A program made the position numbers and the translations under genes. Shown here piece after piece: positions 51,001 through 63,633 of a stretch of 64,000 bases of DNA. The notes below the pieces were generated by a model, which was given only the letters and a program-made list of their open reading frames with translations, searched no databases and was not told the origin of the DNA. How positions within the stretch are numbered: the first letter of the stretch is position 1; each line of letters opens with the position of its first letter. Origin of the DNA: Balanoglossus misakiensis (taxonomy: Eukaryota; Animalia; Hemichordata); NCBI GenBank assembly GCA_040954595.2, contig CM082584.2:13137337-13201336 (forward strand), read 5' to 3'.

Positions 51001-54000
51001 GTGACGAGCTGTCATAATGTCCTTGTGTCAAGATCCTTACAAGGTAAGTAGAGTTGGGCGTGAAAATGTGGACAGAACCAAACCGAAGATTGCCGGCAAG
51101 CTCCGGGTTGTTACTCCATCCACTGCCATCGCCAGCAAGCTTGTACTGGATAACGATGCTTTGCACTCTGTTTTGTGGGTCCTCCAAGTCCCATGTAAAT
51201 TTGGCAGATGTTACTGTAATGTCCACTGCTTCAACATTGGTAGCTGTGGGCAAGGCTGCAAAACAGTATTTGAACAATGTTTTTTATAGATACACAACAC
51301 ACCTTTCTAACACACAACTTAAGGTGGATTTTACTGTGCAGGTTCTTGTTCAACTTCTCAAGGCATGACAATATGCTCAGAGCTTAGCTCATCAAAATGA
51401 AACACTGTGTATTCCTATGCTTGCGAACAAAAAACTTTAGCCCTGGAATATCTTACCCTGTAGAGTTGTCAAACTTGTTGTAGGTGAAATCCTCGAGTCT
51501 TCCCCATTCTGTGCAACAACCATTAAACGAACACTGTATTCTGTATTTGCCAATAAACCAGACAACTGTGCTGAATTGGTTGGTGGTACCACTGTCTTGT
51601 TCTGCCAGTTGTCATCACCATCAACCTTGTATTGGATGATGACAACAGAAACAAGATCTTCATCCTCAGGAATGGTCCATGATACGATGAAGCCCTCGTC
51701 TGTTACTTCCCCAAAATTTATTCCAACTGGTAATGGTACAGCTGAAAGGGGGAAAAACAAATATTCTCAATAGTTAATATCCAGATAAGAAAGTGTTGAT
51801 TTGTTCATTATGCTGACATCTTCCATAGACAGTTTGTTTCAACCTTAACAGAGGAAAACATATTTGTTGGTTTGACAGAAAGTACTTACCTTCAGTTGTG
51901 AGAACGCTTTCATCTGAATATTCCATCCTTCCATCTGTATGGATGGCCAATAACCGAACAGCATAATCCTCTTTGGCTGAGAGTCCACCAATAACAAATG
52001 ATGTCTCAGAGGGAGATAGAATTATTGAAGTGTTTGTCCAATCAGAACTACCGTCTGTTGGTTTGATCTGCACCACAAGTCCTGAGAGATCAGTATTATC
52101 ATCTAAGGACCATGTGACTGTTGCTTGTTTTGTAGTGATGTTAACAAACTCCAGGCTGTGAGGAATAGGAACACCTGCAGGAAGATAATCAGTATTTCCG
52201 GTTAAAACTGTAGTTCTTGCAATTTTCACAATATTTCTGTTTTGTGTTCTTCTTCAACATTCTAATGAAATCTTGATTCAAAGTTGCCATGTCTAGAAAA
52301 TTAAATCAATCCAGACCTGAATTCATTTGCCACAGAGAACAACTATTACAGAACATAATATCTTACCCTGTAGAGTTGTCAAACTTGTTGTAGGTGAAAT
52401 CCTCGAGTCCTCACCATTCTGTGCAACAACCATTAAACGAACACTGTATTCTGTATTTGCCAATAAACCAGACACCTGTGCTGAATTGGTTGGTGGTACC
52501 ACTGTCATGTTCTGCCACTTGTCATCACCATCAACCTTGTATTGGATGATGACAGCAGAAACAAGATCTTCATCCTCAGGAATGGTCCATGATACGATGA
52601 AGCCCTCGTCTGTTACTTCCCCAAAATTTATTCCAACTGGTAATGGTACAGCTGAAAGGGGGAAAAACAAATATTCTCAATAGTTAATATCCAGATAAGA
52701 AAGTGCATCTTCCATAGACAGTTTGTTTCAACCTTAACAGAAAAAAAAAACATTTGTTGGTTTGACAGAAAGTACTTACCTTCAGTTGTGAGAACGCTTT
52801 CATCTGAATATTCCATCCTTCCATCTGTATGGATGGCCAATAACCGAACAGCATAATCCTCTTTGGCTGAGAGTCCACCAATAACAAATGATGTCTCAGA
52901 GGGAGATAGAATTGTTGAAGCGTTTGTCCAATCAGCACTACCATCTGTTGGTTTGATCTGCACCACAAGTCCTGAGAGATCAGTATTATCATCTAAGGAC
53001 CAGGTGACTGTTGCTTGCTTTGTGGTGATGTTAACAAACTCCAGGCTATGAGGAACAGGAATAGCTGTAGGAAGAAAATCAGTCATTCTGCCATAACTGT
53101 TTGAATGTCACACTGTGGAATCTTGTTAATAGTTGCTAATCTGACAATGCTATTAAACAAACAATCAATGCACCATGCACTTATAGAGCCTCACACATAC
53201 CTGTTTGCGTGGCAAACGATATTATTGTAGAAACTCTCGCGTCATCGCCATCCTGACTTTGGATTACCAGACGGACATGATAGTCAGTATTGGGTTCGAG
53301 ATCACCCAAAACAACTGAGCTGTTGAAAGGTGAAACTGTTTCATTGGTCCAGTCACTATCTTCCCCGGTTTTGTACTGGAGAATTATTACCCCAATGAGG
53401 TCTCTATCCTCTGGTATTGTCCAAGAAATCGTTGCACTATCATCGCTCACGCCACTTACTGTAATATCACTTGGGAGGGGAACAGCTGAAATAAAAAATA
53501 TTAAATAAACAAATAAATACAGTAGGTATGATGAACACATGATATGAACACTAGATATTATCAGGAGAACAGATTGAAATTTATTAGCCATTTATGTGTT
53601 TGTATAAATCTCACCATATGTCACAAAGACAATCTCATCACTGCTTTCCTCACGAGATCCATCATCATTCCTCGAAATAAGTCTGACTGTATACTCTATT
53701 TTCGCAGAGAGTCCCACTATGGTGAATTCTGTGACGTCATTGTTGAGGTCTGAAGAGCTTATCCAGTTTCCAGTCCCTGTTTGCATGTACTGGACCGTTA
53801 TAGTGGACACTGATGATTCTGGTGGTAGTGTCCAAGTCAACGTGACTGCATTGGTAGTTTTGTTAACGATTGCAATGTCATGTGGTAACAGGAAAGCTGA
53901 AAAATATAACAAAGGAGAAAATAGTGGATATACGGTACATGAAGACTGCAGGACAACACGAATGGAATAAAGTAATATGTCAGTATGGCAAGCTTTACAA

Positions 54001-57000
54001 GTTTTTACAAATTTAACATGCACTCAAGTTTGAAATAAGGTTTAAGGCACCCTTTCCTCATTCAGTGGAAAGTTAATGTTTTTTACATACCAGGTGATGT
54101 TGAGAATGAATAGTCGTGTGACATCACCGTTGTTTTACCATCACTGCTCACTACAATGAAGTGGAAAGTGTAGTGTGTGTCTGGATCCAGGTTAGTCAAC
54201 GTGAGAGAGTTTGTATTCAGTGCCAAGGTGACGTTCTCCCATTGTCCATCTGCTGTCTTGTATCGCAACAGAAATTCTCCAAGCTGGTCCATATTTTCAA
54301 GAGTCCACAATATGGTGACACTGGTATCCGAGATGTCTTCGATGACAATATCTCCAGGCAATAGTAAATCTGTGTAGAAAATGCAAGCGTTGATAAGGCA
54401 TTTGTGATCCAACAAGTGTATAAAATATAAACATGTGGCAACTAAAATTGGCTCCAATATTGACAGAAGAATATCTCTACCTTTTGACGTCACAAAAGTG
54501 TACTGGGGTGTTGTTGTATTGTATGTAGCGTTCACTGATTCCACGACCAGTTGGAAGAAATATTGGGTGTCTGGTTCTAAATTAGATAACTGTACAGAGC
54601 TTGAATCCACCGACAAAGACATGGTCATCAGTTCTCCATCTTTTTTGTTATACTGGAGGACAATTTGGCCAATGAAGATCCTCTCCTCATCAGAGATGGT
54701 CCAAGAAATAAGTGCACCATTTGAAGATACGTCTGTGATGATGACATCTGATGGCATAGGCAGAGCTGGCAAAAATAATAGTAGATTGTCTTTTGAGAGA
54801 TGTGCTCCAATCAAAAACTATTACTAGACAGCAAGTGCGACAACCTAACTCTTGGAGACATTATTGCATTCAATAGATGTACCGCTATCATTAAGCTGAC
54901 TTCATAATCATAGATTGTTCACATTTTAACAATCCTCTGATTTCAACAGTGGTAAACATAGTTAGACAAAGACTTTTACCTCTTGCAGTTTCAAACACAA
55001 CTGGGTCAGTTGTCTGGGTGTCACTGCCATCTTCACTTATCACTACAACACGGATGGTGTATTCTTTGCTAGGTTCTAAATCTTGCAAGGTAACTGAAGT
55101 GTCATTAGGTGTGGCGGTCAGATTTGTCCACTCATTGGCATCGTCAGTTTTGTACTGTACAACAATACTGCCGATAGGGCCTCCCTCTTCTGGTATTGTC
55201 CAGGACACTGTGGCTCCATTGTCAGTGACGTCACTGATTAGCAGATCCGTTGGCGAAGGTACACCTGTTTGAGATAGCAATGGATAATTAAATAAATATT
55301 TTTTTTACAAGGACAGATTTATCTAAAATGTTGGTCATGCAACTTTTGTCTCCACAGTCCAATGGAGCTACCACACAAAGAGTCTCCAAGCAATGCATCT
55401 ATCTGACAATCCTCCTACATTATATTCATTGGATTGAGTGCACTAGGTGTGATACTCTAGCGTTTGACTTACCTGGTGAAGTTTCAAACGATATTGGTGT
55501 TGTTGATCGCCTGTCGACGCCGTCGGTGCTGACAATAATGAGAATGAGCATGTAGGTTTCACCCGAGGTCAAGCCGGTCAACGTCACAGAATTTCTTGGA
55601 TAGGGAACGTCTACAAACAACCACTGCATATCGCCACGCTTCTGGAATTCCACAGTTATGTAGCCTATATCTGTTTGGCCCTCGAAATCAATGAACCAGG
55701 ACACCCCGGCTGTCGTCGATGTTATATTGGTGATGGTCACTGACGTTGGTAAAGGAAGAACTTTAAAAAAGAGAAAACAGGAGAAGCATGAACATGACTT
55801 TGTCATCCAGACAGAACATAATAATGGATTCAAAGCGTACAAGACATGGGCTATTACAGGCTGTATGTGTACAAAGAAATGATTTCAAAAATATAAAACT
55901 GCGTTGCTTTGTTTTTTCTTCATATAATTGTGTGTACCACTACTTTAACAGATGTCAATAGTTTGGTGCGAATGAACATTAAGTTGAACACATTTGTCAA
56001 ACAATAATGGACCAATTGCAACAGTTACAAAAAGATATATATGGCAATTGAAAGTACAATGCACACAAGATAATGCAGGATGGATTTATCTTCTAAAATC
56101 AAGGTTTACTCTACAAGTAAAAGGGATACATAGCAATGCGAAGCACGCAAAGCAAGGATATGTTTACTACACGCAAAACATGAAATACACAACAAAGTAT
56201 AGCATTAATTACAAATATCAGGAAGATATTTCATAGAAAATTCATATAACTTACATGTTAACGTTATTACTAGAATAGCTGTTAGCAAGCAAAGTGGCAT
56301 ATACTTTTTTAAGTTGAAAAAGCAGACATGGAAAAAATCTGATAGATGTTAGGTAAAAGCCTGAAGTTAAAATGGTGACAAGCCATCTTAAAAGCAAAGA
56401 CAGTTATACATAAATCAGTTAATGTAAATAAACATACACTTAGTAAATAAATAATACATGTTACATTGTGCCTTGCACTTAATTGTTACTATTATGTTAC
56501 ATTTTCTATATCTAATATAAAATATGTAGTAAGGGGCGTCATCATGCCAACCTGAAGACGTTCTAAACGTTATCGGTTGTGATGTACTACTGTCATCACC
56601 ATCTGGACTCACAACCATCACACGGACAGTGTATTCTTGGGCTGAATTAAGATGCGAGAGCCTAACTGACTGAGTAGGAGGAGACACTGTCACATTCTCC
56701 CATTGGTCATCGTCACTTGACGTGTACCACACAATGATGTCTCCGATCATGCTGGTGTCTTCTGGGTTGATCCAAGATATAGTGGCAGTATAGTTGGTTA
56801 TCTGTGTGACCGTAATGTTGGTTGGTAATGGGAGAGGGGGCAATTCTAAAGGGGAAAGATAAAGGAACAACAATGAAATTCACTTTCAATATGAAGATCG
56901 ACATTGGTTCAAAGACACCTCTCTATTTCATTAAAATATTTTAGACGACAAACACCCCTTTCGACCATAATCTAAACAACTATTACTTTATTACAATTGC

Positions 57001-60000
57001 ACAATTACCTGCTTGGGTGATAAAGGTGATATTCTCTGTCGTACGCTGATGCAAGCCATCCTGACTGATTGTCTTGATATTAAACGTATATGTACTATCA
57101 GGAGCAAGTCTTGATAACGTCACTGAATTCTCATGCGGCTGCAATGACATACTTATGAAGTCATCATCACCCGACTTCATATACTGCAAGATAAGTTTGC
57201 TGACAAGTCCTTCATCTGGTAGAGTCCAGGCAATGGTGGCTGTTTCCTGTGTCACGTTCACTGTTACGTCGGTTGGTAGAGACACACCTATGAAACAAAA
57301 CAAATAGAAGATGTGTCATTGACAGTGATGAAAACTAATAGACCATTTTCCGAACTACATGAGGAACACAGCATATTGTCATGTCCAATTATACCATTAG
57401 AATTGTTCAAAGACACTTGTTCACTTCTAAGCGTCAGCTGTCAAACTTTGTTACTGTTTGGTATGAAATGATTGATAAATGCAGGTGTCATACACAAAAA
57501 TCAAGCTTACCATATGTTTCAAAAACAATGACATCTGTTGCCAAAAATCGTGTACCATTCTCCCATGATGTTAACAAACGTACATTGTATTCAATGCCAG
57601 GAGTGAGTTCTGTTAACGTAAAAGATCTCTCATCGCGCCCAACAAAAGAAATGTTTTGCCAAGGGGATCCCTCCGCTGTATATATGCTACTTGGAGCATC
57701 CGAGAGTTTGATTTGGACAACAGATCCATCAAGTGTTGAATTTTCATTCAACATCCATGTGAGCGTAGCCTCTCTGGTTGTGATGTTGATCACTTGCAGA
57801 TTCTCGGGTAATAATGGTTCTAGAAGGAGAAAATAATGAAGAATTAACATGTGAGATTCCAAATAACCTTTCATCATGACAGTTTTCAGAGATATACTGA
57901 TTGTTTATCACTGATTTTCATTACATGAAAAGTATGTAGAAAAAAACATGCCAGTACCTGACAAAGTCTGAAATTCATACACTGGTGTCTTGTCTGTTAT
58001 CTGATCACCTGCCCTAACGACTTCAAACTGAAATTGGTATGTCGTATCAGGTTCGAGGTCTGTCAGATCGATCACAGGCAACATGTTTTCTGGTATTGTT
58101 TCATTCCACCATGGCTCCAGATCTGCTTTCTCTCTCATCCAGAAGACAACTCTCCCGATGAGGTTAGGATCATCTACAAATCTCCATGATATTGCGGCAG
58201 AATCTTCCTCAATGTTGCTCACTCTGACATCAATTGGCAGAGGAACAGCTGTGAAATGTGAATGATAATCGCACAGAGATAAAAATCATGTATTGATAAA
58301 TTAGTAATATTGGATTGGTCAACTAATAGCTCAAGATATAGACTGGATGACATAAATATGTTCCTGAAAGACAGGACTTAAGAGTGGCAACATAAAACAA
58401 AATATGTGGGTTTGGCTTGCCTTTAGTGGTGAAGTACTGGGTCTCTGTATTTCCAATGAATCCAAAGTTGGTGTCTTCCAAAAGAAGTCTGTATCTGTAC
58501 GTAGTGAATACATCTAGATCAGTAATTCTGAGTTCTCCGACCTCTCGTGGGACTTTTGCCGTGGGATTCCAAACTTCAGTGTCAAAGCCACTCCTTGACG
58601 ATGCAGTTCCACTTTTAAAATATTCCACTGAAACATATGCTGTATTGTCGTAGTCTGTGCCAATCGACCATGCCACCAAGGATGTTGTAGCTGTTATCTC
58701 AATTGTATCAAAGGTTGTGTTCACTGAAAATAACAAACAAACGACTGTCAGAATTTAAAACAGTAAACACCATCATTCAAAAAATGTTGTATTAACCAAG
58801 ATAATAATCAAACTGCATGCCAAAAAAATAGGAACTCACAGTGCCAGTATTTCCTATATCATCAACGTGATCACTTACCCACTGGTGTTTGCGTTGTCAC
58901 TTGTGGAGTCGGCATGCTTACATTCATCACCTCTGAGACATCAGTTGTGACTTCTGTCTCTGACATTGTCACTACAGTAACAAGTGGTGTTGTGGTGCTT
59001 CCCCTTGTGGCATCTGTTTCATACGTTGCATTCCTGTCACTGGGAGTACTTGCAGTGATCATCGTCTCAGTCAGTAATTCCGATACCGGTGAAGTTTGGC
59101 TAATAGATGTATCCACCTGTGTCACATGGTCACGTGTTGTGCCCTGCTTGGTAGTTTCAAGTACTGCAGTCGTCATTTGTACAGAGGTTTTCATTGCAGT
59201 GGTGTTTACAGTTATTTCTGTTGATGAGACATCAGTTGCCAAAGATGATGTGGGGCTAGGCCCTGCAGTAACATCTGTTTTGTATGTTACATTCGTATCA
59301 ATTAGCGTACTTGCTGTGTACATCCTTTCAGTGAATAATTCTGATACAATTGAAGTTGTTCCAGTTGATACCATCCCTTCTGTTGTTTTATCATAAGTTG
59401 TGGTTCCCTGCACTGAAGTTGTTAAATCTTGTGGCATTTGTGTTGTTACATCTTGTGATGGGGGCAGACTGCCAGTTTCTGATGTCTGCATCCCCTCTGT
59501 TGTAAAACCAAGCGTTGTTGGTTGCGAAGTTGTTACAGGCCTTGTAATGGTCGATGGTGGCGGAGGGGGTGATGTCGGTGGTGGCAAAGACACAGTTGGT
59601 GTCGGAGTGCTTCTTGCTTCATCAGTAGTTTTTACAACTGTTGTCATTTGTACAGAGGTAGCTTCTTTTTCCGTGACGTCAGTAGTTATCTCTGTCTGTA
59701 TGGTTGCTACGTCAGTGGCCAATACTGTTGTTGGACTTGTCCTAGTAGCGTCTGTTTCATAGGTTACAGTTCTGTCACTTGGAGTACTTGATGTATATAT
59801 CCTTTCTGTCAGCTGTTCTGAGACGCTTGGAATAGGGGTAGAGAAAGCCTCTTCAGTACTTTCAACTTCTGTTACCATTTTCTCAGATGTAGATTCCATT
59901 TCTGTGATGTCTGTAGTTAATTCTGGTTGTGTTGTCAATACACTAGTGGCCACAGGTGTTTCTGATGTCTGCATCTTGTGTGTTGTAAATGTATGTGTTG

Positions 60001-63000
60001 TTTGTTGTGTTGTCGATATATCAGTGGTCAAAGATCCTGTAGGAACAGTCCCAATTCCATCTGTTTCTTGTATTGTTGTCCTATCACTTAGGGTACTTGC
60101 TGTGTACATCTTCTCTGTTAACAGTTCTGACGCAACTGAAGTTGATATCAGATCTTCTGTTGTTTTATCATAAATTGTGGTCAGCTGCTCTGTTGTTACA
60201 CCTTGTGATGTTGGTTGACTGCCAGTTTCTGATGTCTGCATCTCCTGTGTTGTTAAAACAAGCGTTGTTGGTTGCGGAGTTGTTACTGGCCTTGTAATGG
60301 TTGACGGTGGCGGAGGGGGTGATGACGGTGGTGGTGGAGGTGGTGGTAAAGACACTGTTGGCCTTGGGGTAGTGCTCGCCCCTTCAGTTGTTCCAACTAC
60401 TGTTGTCATTTTTACAGTTGTTTCCATTTCTGTGATGTCTGTAGTTAATTCTGGTTGTGTTGTTGATACATCAGTGGTCAAAGATCCTGTAGGAGCAGTC
60501 CCAATTCCATCTGTTTCTTGTATTGTTGTCCTGTCACTAAGTGTACTTGCTGTATACATCCTCTCTGTTAACAGTTCTGACGCAACTGAAGTTGATCTGG
60601 TCGATATCATATCTTCTGTTGTTTTATCATAAACTGTGGTCAGCTTCTCTGATGTTCCTACATCTTGTGATGTGGACTCCTGTGTTGTAAACACACGCGT
60701 TGTTGGTTGCGGAGTTGTTACGGGCCTTGTAATGGTTGATGGTGGCGGAGGGGGTGATGACGGTGGTGGTGGAGGTGGTGGTAAAGATACAGTTGGCGTC
60801 GGGGTGCTCCTTGCTTCATCAGTAGTTTTTACAACTGTTGTCATTTGTACAGAGGTAGTTTCTTTTTCCGTGACGTCAGTAGTTATCTCTGTCTGTATGG
60901 TTGCTACGTCAGTGGCCGATACTGTCGTGGAACCAGTCTTAGTAGCATCTGTTTCATAGGTTACAGTTCTGTCACTTGGAGTACTTGATGTATACATCCT
61001 TTCTGTCAGTTGCTCTGACACATCTGATATATCCCCTTCTGTCGTTTCATCATAACCAGTTGTAGTGAGTTTCTGTGTAGTTTGTACTGCTGTTACGGTT
61101 CTGTCAGTGGTTGGTTGAGGTTGGACAGAAGTACTGGATGCAGAGACTGTGCTTACTTCATCAGCAGTTTTATTCGTTCTCATGACTCCAGTTGTTGATT
61201 GTGGTAAAGTAACAGATGTAGTTATCTGGGGGCCAGTTGTTGTTTCTGATTCTTCAGTGGTCCTCATTGATGTTGTTTGGTATTTTGTTGCTGGATGTGT
61301 GACTGTTTCTGTTGTCTCCATTAGAGATGGTGTATATGTGTCTGTTGCTTGCTCAGTTGCTGTTCTAACTGGTGTTTCAGTTGGTTGCTCTTCAGATGTA
61401 AACAGACCAGTCACCATTGAAGAAGTTCTCTGTGCAGTTGTCTCTTTGACAGTGGTGGCCTCTTGAGTTGCTCTGTCATCAGGTGTACTTTGATCTGGAG
61501 CTGAGGTTGTTGGATAGTTTGTCACGAAGGGTGTGGATTCAAGTAATGTTGTGACTGGCTTTTGTGATGTTGTTGGCTCTAAAGTGGTTTTTGATGTAGT
61601 TGTTCCTGTTGGTGTTGTTGTAATCATTGGTTGCTGTGATGATGATGTTGACGGTGGTAATGACGAATCAGCCTTTGCTTCAGTTGTCAATACGCTGGTT
61701 CTAACATCTGTTGTTTGTTGCTGAGATGTTGTTTGTGACTCGCCAAGAGTGGTAACAAGCAATGTTGTCTCTGCAGCACTGGTGGATCCTGTCTGTGTTG
61801 TCAAACCAGCTGTTGTTACTGCTTGCGTAGTTTTCATCATTGTTGAAGGAGGCTGTTTTGGTACAGTAACCGTTGTTGGTTGTGGCGGTGGTGTTGACGA
61901 TGTTGAAGTTTCTGGGACTGGAACAGTCGTCATGCCGATGCTACTCACATATTCGGTTGTTTGTCTTTGAGATGTGGTTGTTTCCTTTGGAACAATTGTT
62001 GTGGGCTTTGTTTCCCCTACTGTTGTGTGAGTGGCTGTAGTTTCTTGCTCTGTCAAAGATGCAGTAGACAGTTTGTCTGTTGTATGTATTGTTGATGGTT
62101 GATACTTCTGACTTGTCATGACATCGGGTGTGCCTAATTTAGTTGTTGCCACTGTTGCAGGTCTTGTCTTGGTCAACATAGATGTTTCGGGTGTTGTGAC
62201 AATTTGTGGCTTTGTTGTTATAGGTATCCCACTGCTTACACTTGTGTATGTTGATGGTAGTGAGGTCTGCGGCACATGAGTTGTGATTGGAACTTGGCTG
62301 GTTTTATCAACTGTTGATTCTTCACGTTCAGAAGTAGTGGACAATGTTGTCTTAGGTTGTGTTCTCATCAAAGTGGAAGAACTAGGTTTTGTGGTCATGG
62401 AAGCACTGGAGGTTTCTGCTATTGTGGTCGCGGGTTGAGTATATATTCCCGTCGATTTTTGTACCTCGGGTGTAGATGAAAGAGATGTGGCAGAGGTAGT
62501 GAGTGGTTCTTGTGAAGTCTCCACAACAGTAGACTTCTCCTTGGTTACAGGCTGTGTTACTGTTGTTGAGTGGGTTGGTGTTACAGATGTCAACTTAGAT
62601 GTGAGCGTTGTATCAAAGCCACTTGGTGACTGACTAGCGGAGGATGGTTGCTCAGATGACGTTGAAGATGTTGTTGCCCGCACAGTTGTAGTTGTTGCTT
62701 CTGATGTAGTCACTGGCATGCGTGTAGTACCTTCAGGTTTAGTTTCTTCAGGTGTTTTTTGAGATGGTGTCATTACTGAAGTCTTTCCAATCACTGTTGT
62801 TTTTGCTGGTGTTTCAGTAGTTGTACGTTCTTGTTCTAAGCTTGTCAGTGGTGCAGTAGTAGCCTCTATTGCTGTTGATCTCGCGGCAGTTGTTTCTCCA
62901 GATTCTGTTGATTTCAGTGGTTCATCAGTAGTCAGTTTTTCTGTTACTACAGTTGTAGCGACTTTGGTTGTTTGTTTACTTTCTGTTGTCTGCTGCATTG

Positions 63001-63633
63001 TTGTAGCAGATGTTGTTGCATGGACAGGGGCTGTCGATCGCATCGGTGGTTCTGGTGAAGTTGCCAAACCTGTTGATACTGAGACAGTACTTGCTTCTTT
63101 CATCGCTGTGGTTCTTGCTGGAGTTTCTGCCGTTGTATGTTCCGGTACTTTTGTGGTCACTCTCTCCATAGTAGAATGTGTCGTTGATGATGGCACTGCA
63201 GTTGATGGTGATGAGGGAGCTATTGTCTCCTTAGTCGTACGTGCTGCAGCAGTTGTTTCTCCAAACTCTGTTGATTTAAGTCTCTCGTCAGTTGTTGGTT
63301 TTTCCGTCACCATGGTTACTCTTCTTTCTGTCGTCTGTTTTACTGTTGTAGTGGGCGCCACTGTTGTGTGGACCATTGTCTGTATTGGTGGTTCTGGTTC
63401 AGTTGTCAGATCTGTTGTCAGTGACAGAGTGCTTGCTTCTCTGGTTGTTATCTTCAAAGTAGGTGTTCCTACAAATTCTGTTGACTTCATAGGTGCAGCA
63501 GTTGAAGCTTTTTCTGTCACAATAGTTGTAGCAGCTTTGGTTGTTACTTTTTGTTCAGTTGTTTCTTTATCAGTTGTAGCAGATGTTGTTGTATGGAGCA
63601 TAGTTGTTGTTTGAATCGGTGCAGTTGTTGGAC
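38509..63633 (-). CDS. Giant single-pass receptor: mucin-like region, 22x FN3, TM, tyrosine-kinase-like pseudokinase, ECM29-derived HEAT segment, acidic tail (5' partial)
   Basis: 45 exons joined with compatible phases sum to 14,516 nt (2 + 4,838 codons including the stop TAG at 38511-38509) with no internal stop. The first visible exon starts in phase 1 after an AG at 63634, so the signal peptide lies beyond the window. The single-gene interpretation is inferred from splice-phase compatibility, not from transcripts. Confidence 0.78.
39270..44407 (-). CDS. ECPAS: Internal segment (~570 aa, 12 exons) homologous to proteasome adapter and scaffold ECM29/ECPAS; partial copy
   Basis: Exons 44407-44288, 44135-44032, 43811-43673, 43550-43461, 43338-43045, 42801-42670, 42533-42377, 42093-41864, 41743-41642, 41444-41223, 39593-39534 and 39324-39270. 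Colinear motifs match human ECPAS as recalled: NHVPSKYALLLASGD (DHIPSRYLLLLAAGD), IPFSPTAYEKMTIYLRMCLA ([20 protein letters not shown]), EVQHGSTLALG (EIQHGSLLALG), AACTALGEIGRNGPLP (identical), LHFSIGDSL (LQFTIGEAI), AICVWLL (AACIWLL). Confidence 0.9.
44616..46796 (-). CDS. Tie/FGFR-type receptor tyrosine kinase domain, catalytically degenerate (8 exons)
   Basis: Exons 46796-46577, 46397-46287, 46109-45919, 45665-45540, 45405-45335, 45211-45171, 45037-44941 and 44721-44616. Motifs: WEIPRDKL, VGVKKL, ELDVLSRVGKHTNIVNLVGACS, FAIDISKGMGYLASLKCVQHHLGARNV, VTDFA, IRWMSHESL, KSNVWSFGVILWELATIGRIPY, MSKCWAMEPKHRPSF. Confidence 0.93.
47001..47179 (-). CDS. Transmembrane exon
   Basis: Translates EVGVTAPVLSVDSWWFYLIVAIVIVVFVLLLCCILCMVACLRKKKYSADKEALTIEEARK: a hydrophobic helix, a Cys cluster and a basic stop-transfer motif. 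Phase 1 in, phase 0 out. Confidence 0.92.
47407..58723 (-). CDS. Array of 22 fibronectin type III domains, one phase 1-1 exon each
   Basis: Exons 58723-58421, 58248-57958, 57819-57511, 57287-57009, 56845-56552, 55760-55473, 55264-54980, 54765-54481, 54369-54091, 53896-53615, 53485-53201, 53064-52780, 52651-52367, 52174-51890, 51741-51457, 51255-50971, 50767-50486, 50360-50055, 49798-49505, 49363-49088, 48782-48504, 47691-47407. All are 276-309 nt and multiples of 3, with the FN3 signature P..i....vt..sa.isW......y.vqY......W.......l..L.p.t.Y.vrv. Confidence 0.93.
49425..49442. repeat. (TC)9 microsatellite, intronic
   Basis: tctctctctctctctctc. Confidence 0.85.
51451..53070. repeat. Recent tandem duplication (~900 bp unit) of a two-FN3-exon cassette including its intron
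   Basis: 51451-52180 is nearly identical to 52361-53070. The internal introns are 148 vs 128 nt and otherwise almost identical. Confidence 0.93.
58879..63633 (-). CDS. Mucin-like Thr/Ser/Pro-rich exon, 4,755 nt (1,585 aa), phase 1-1
   Basis: ORF 58871..63655, acceptor ttaacag| at 63634 and donor |gtaagt at 58878. Dominated by Thr/Ser/Pro/Glu with no Cys. Internal repeats include LTERMYTxSTxSDR and PTVSLPPPPPPPSSPPPPPSTITRPVTT. Confidence 0.93.

Noticed and set aside
46235-58653. Plus-strand ORFs overlapping the FN3 and kinase exons
   Set aside because: Antisense to real exons, with no independent splice structure or recognisable protein.
58914-63614. Many Val-rich plus-strand ORFs
   Set aside because: Antisense shadows of Thr codons (ACN) in the mucin exon.
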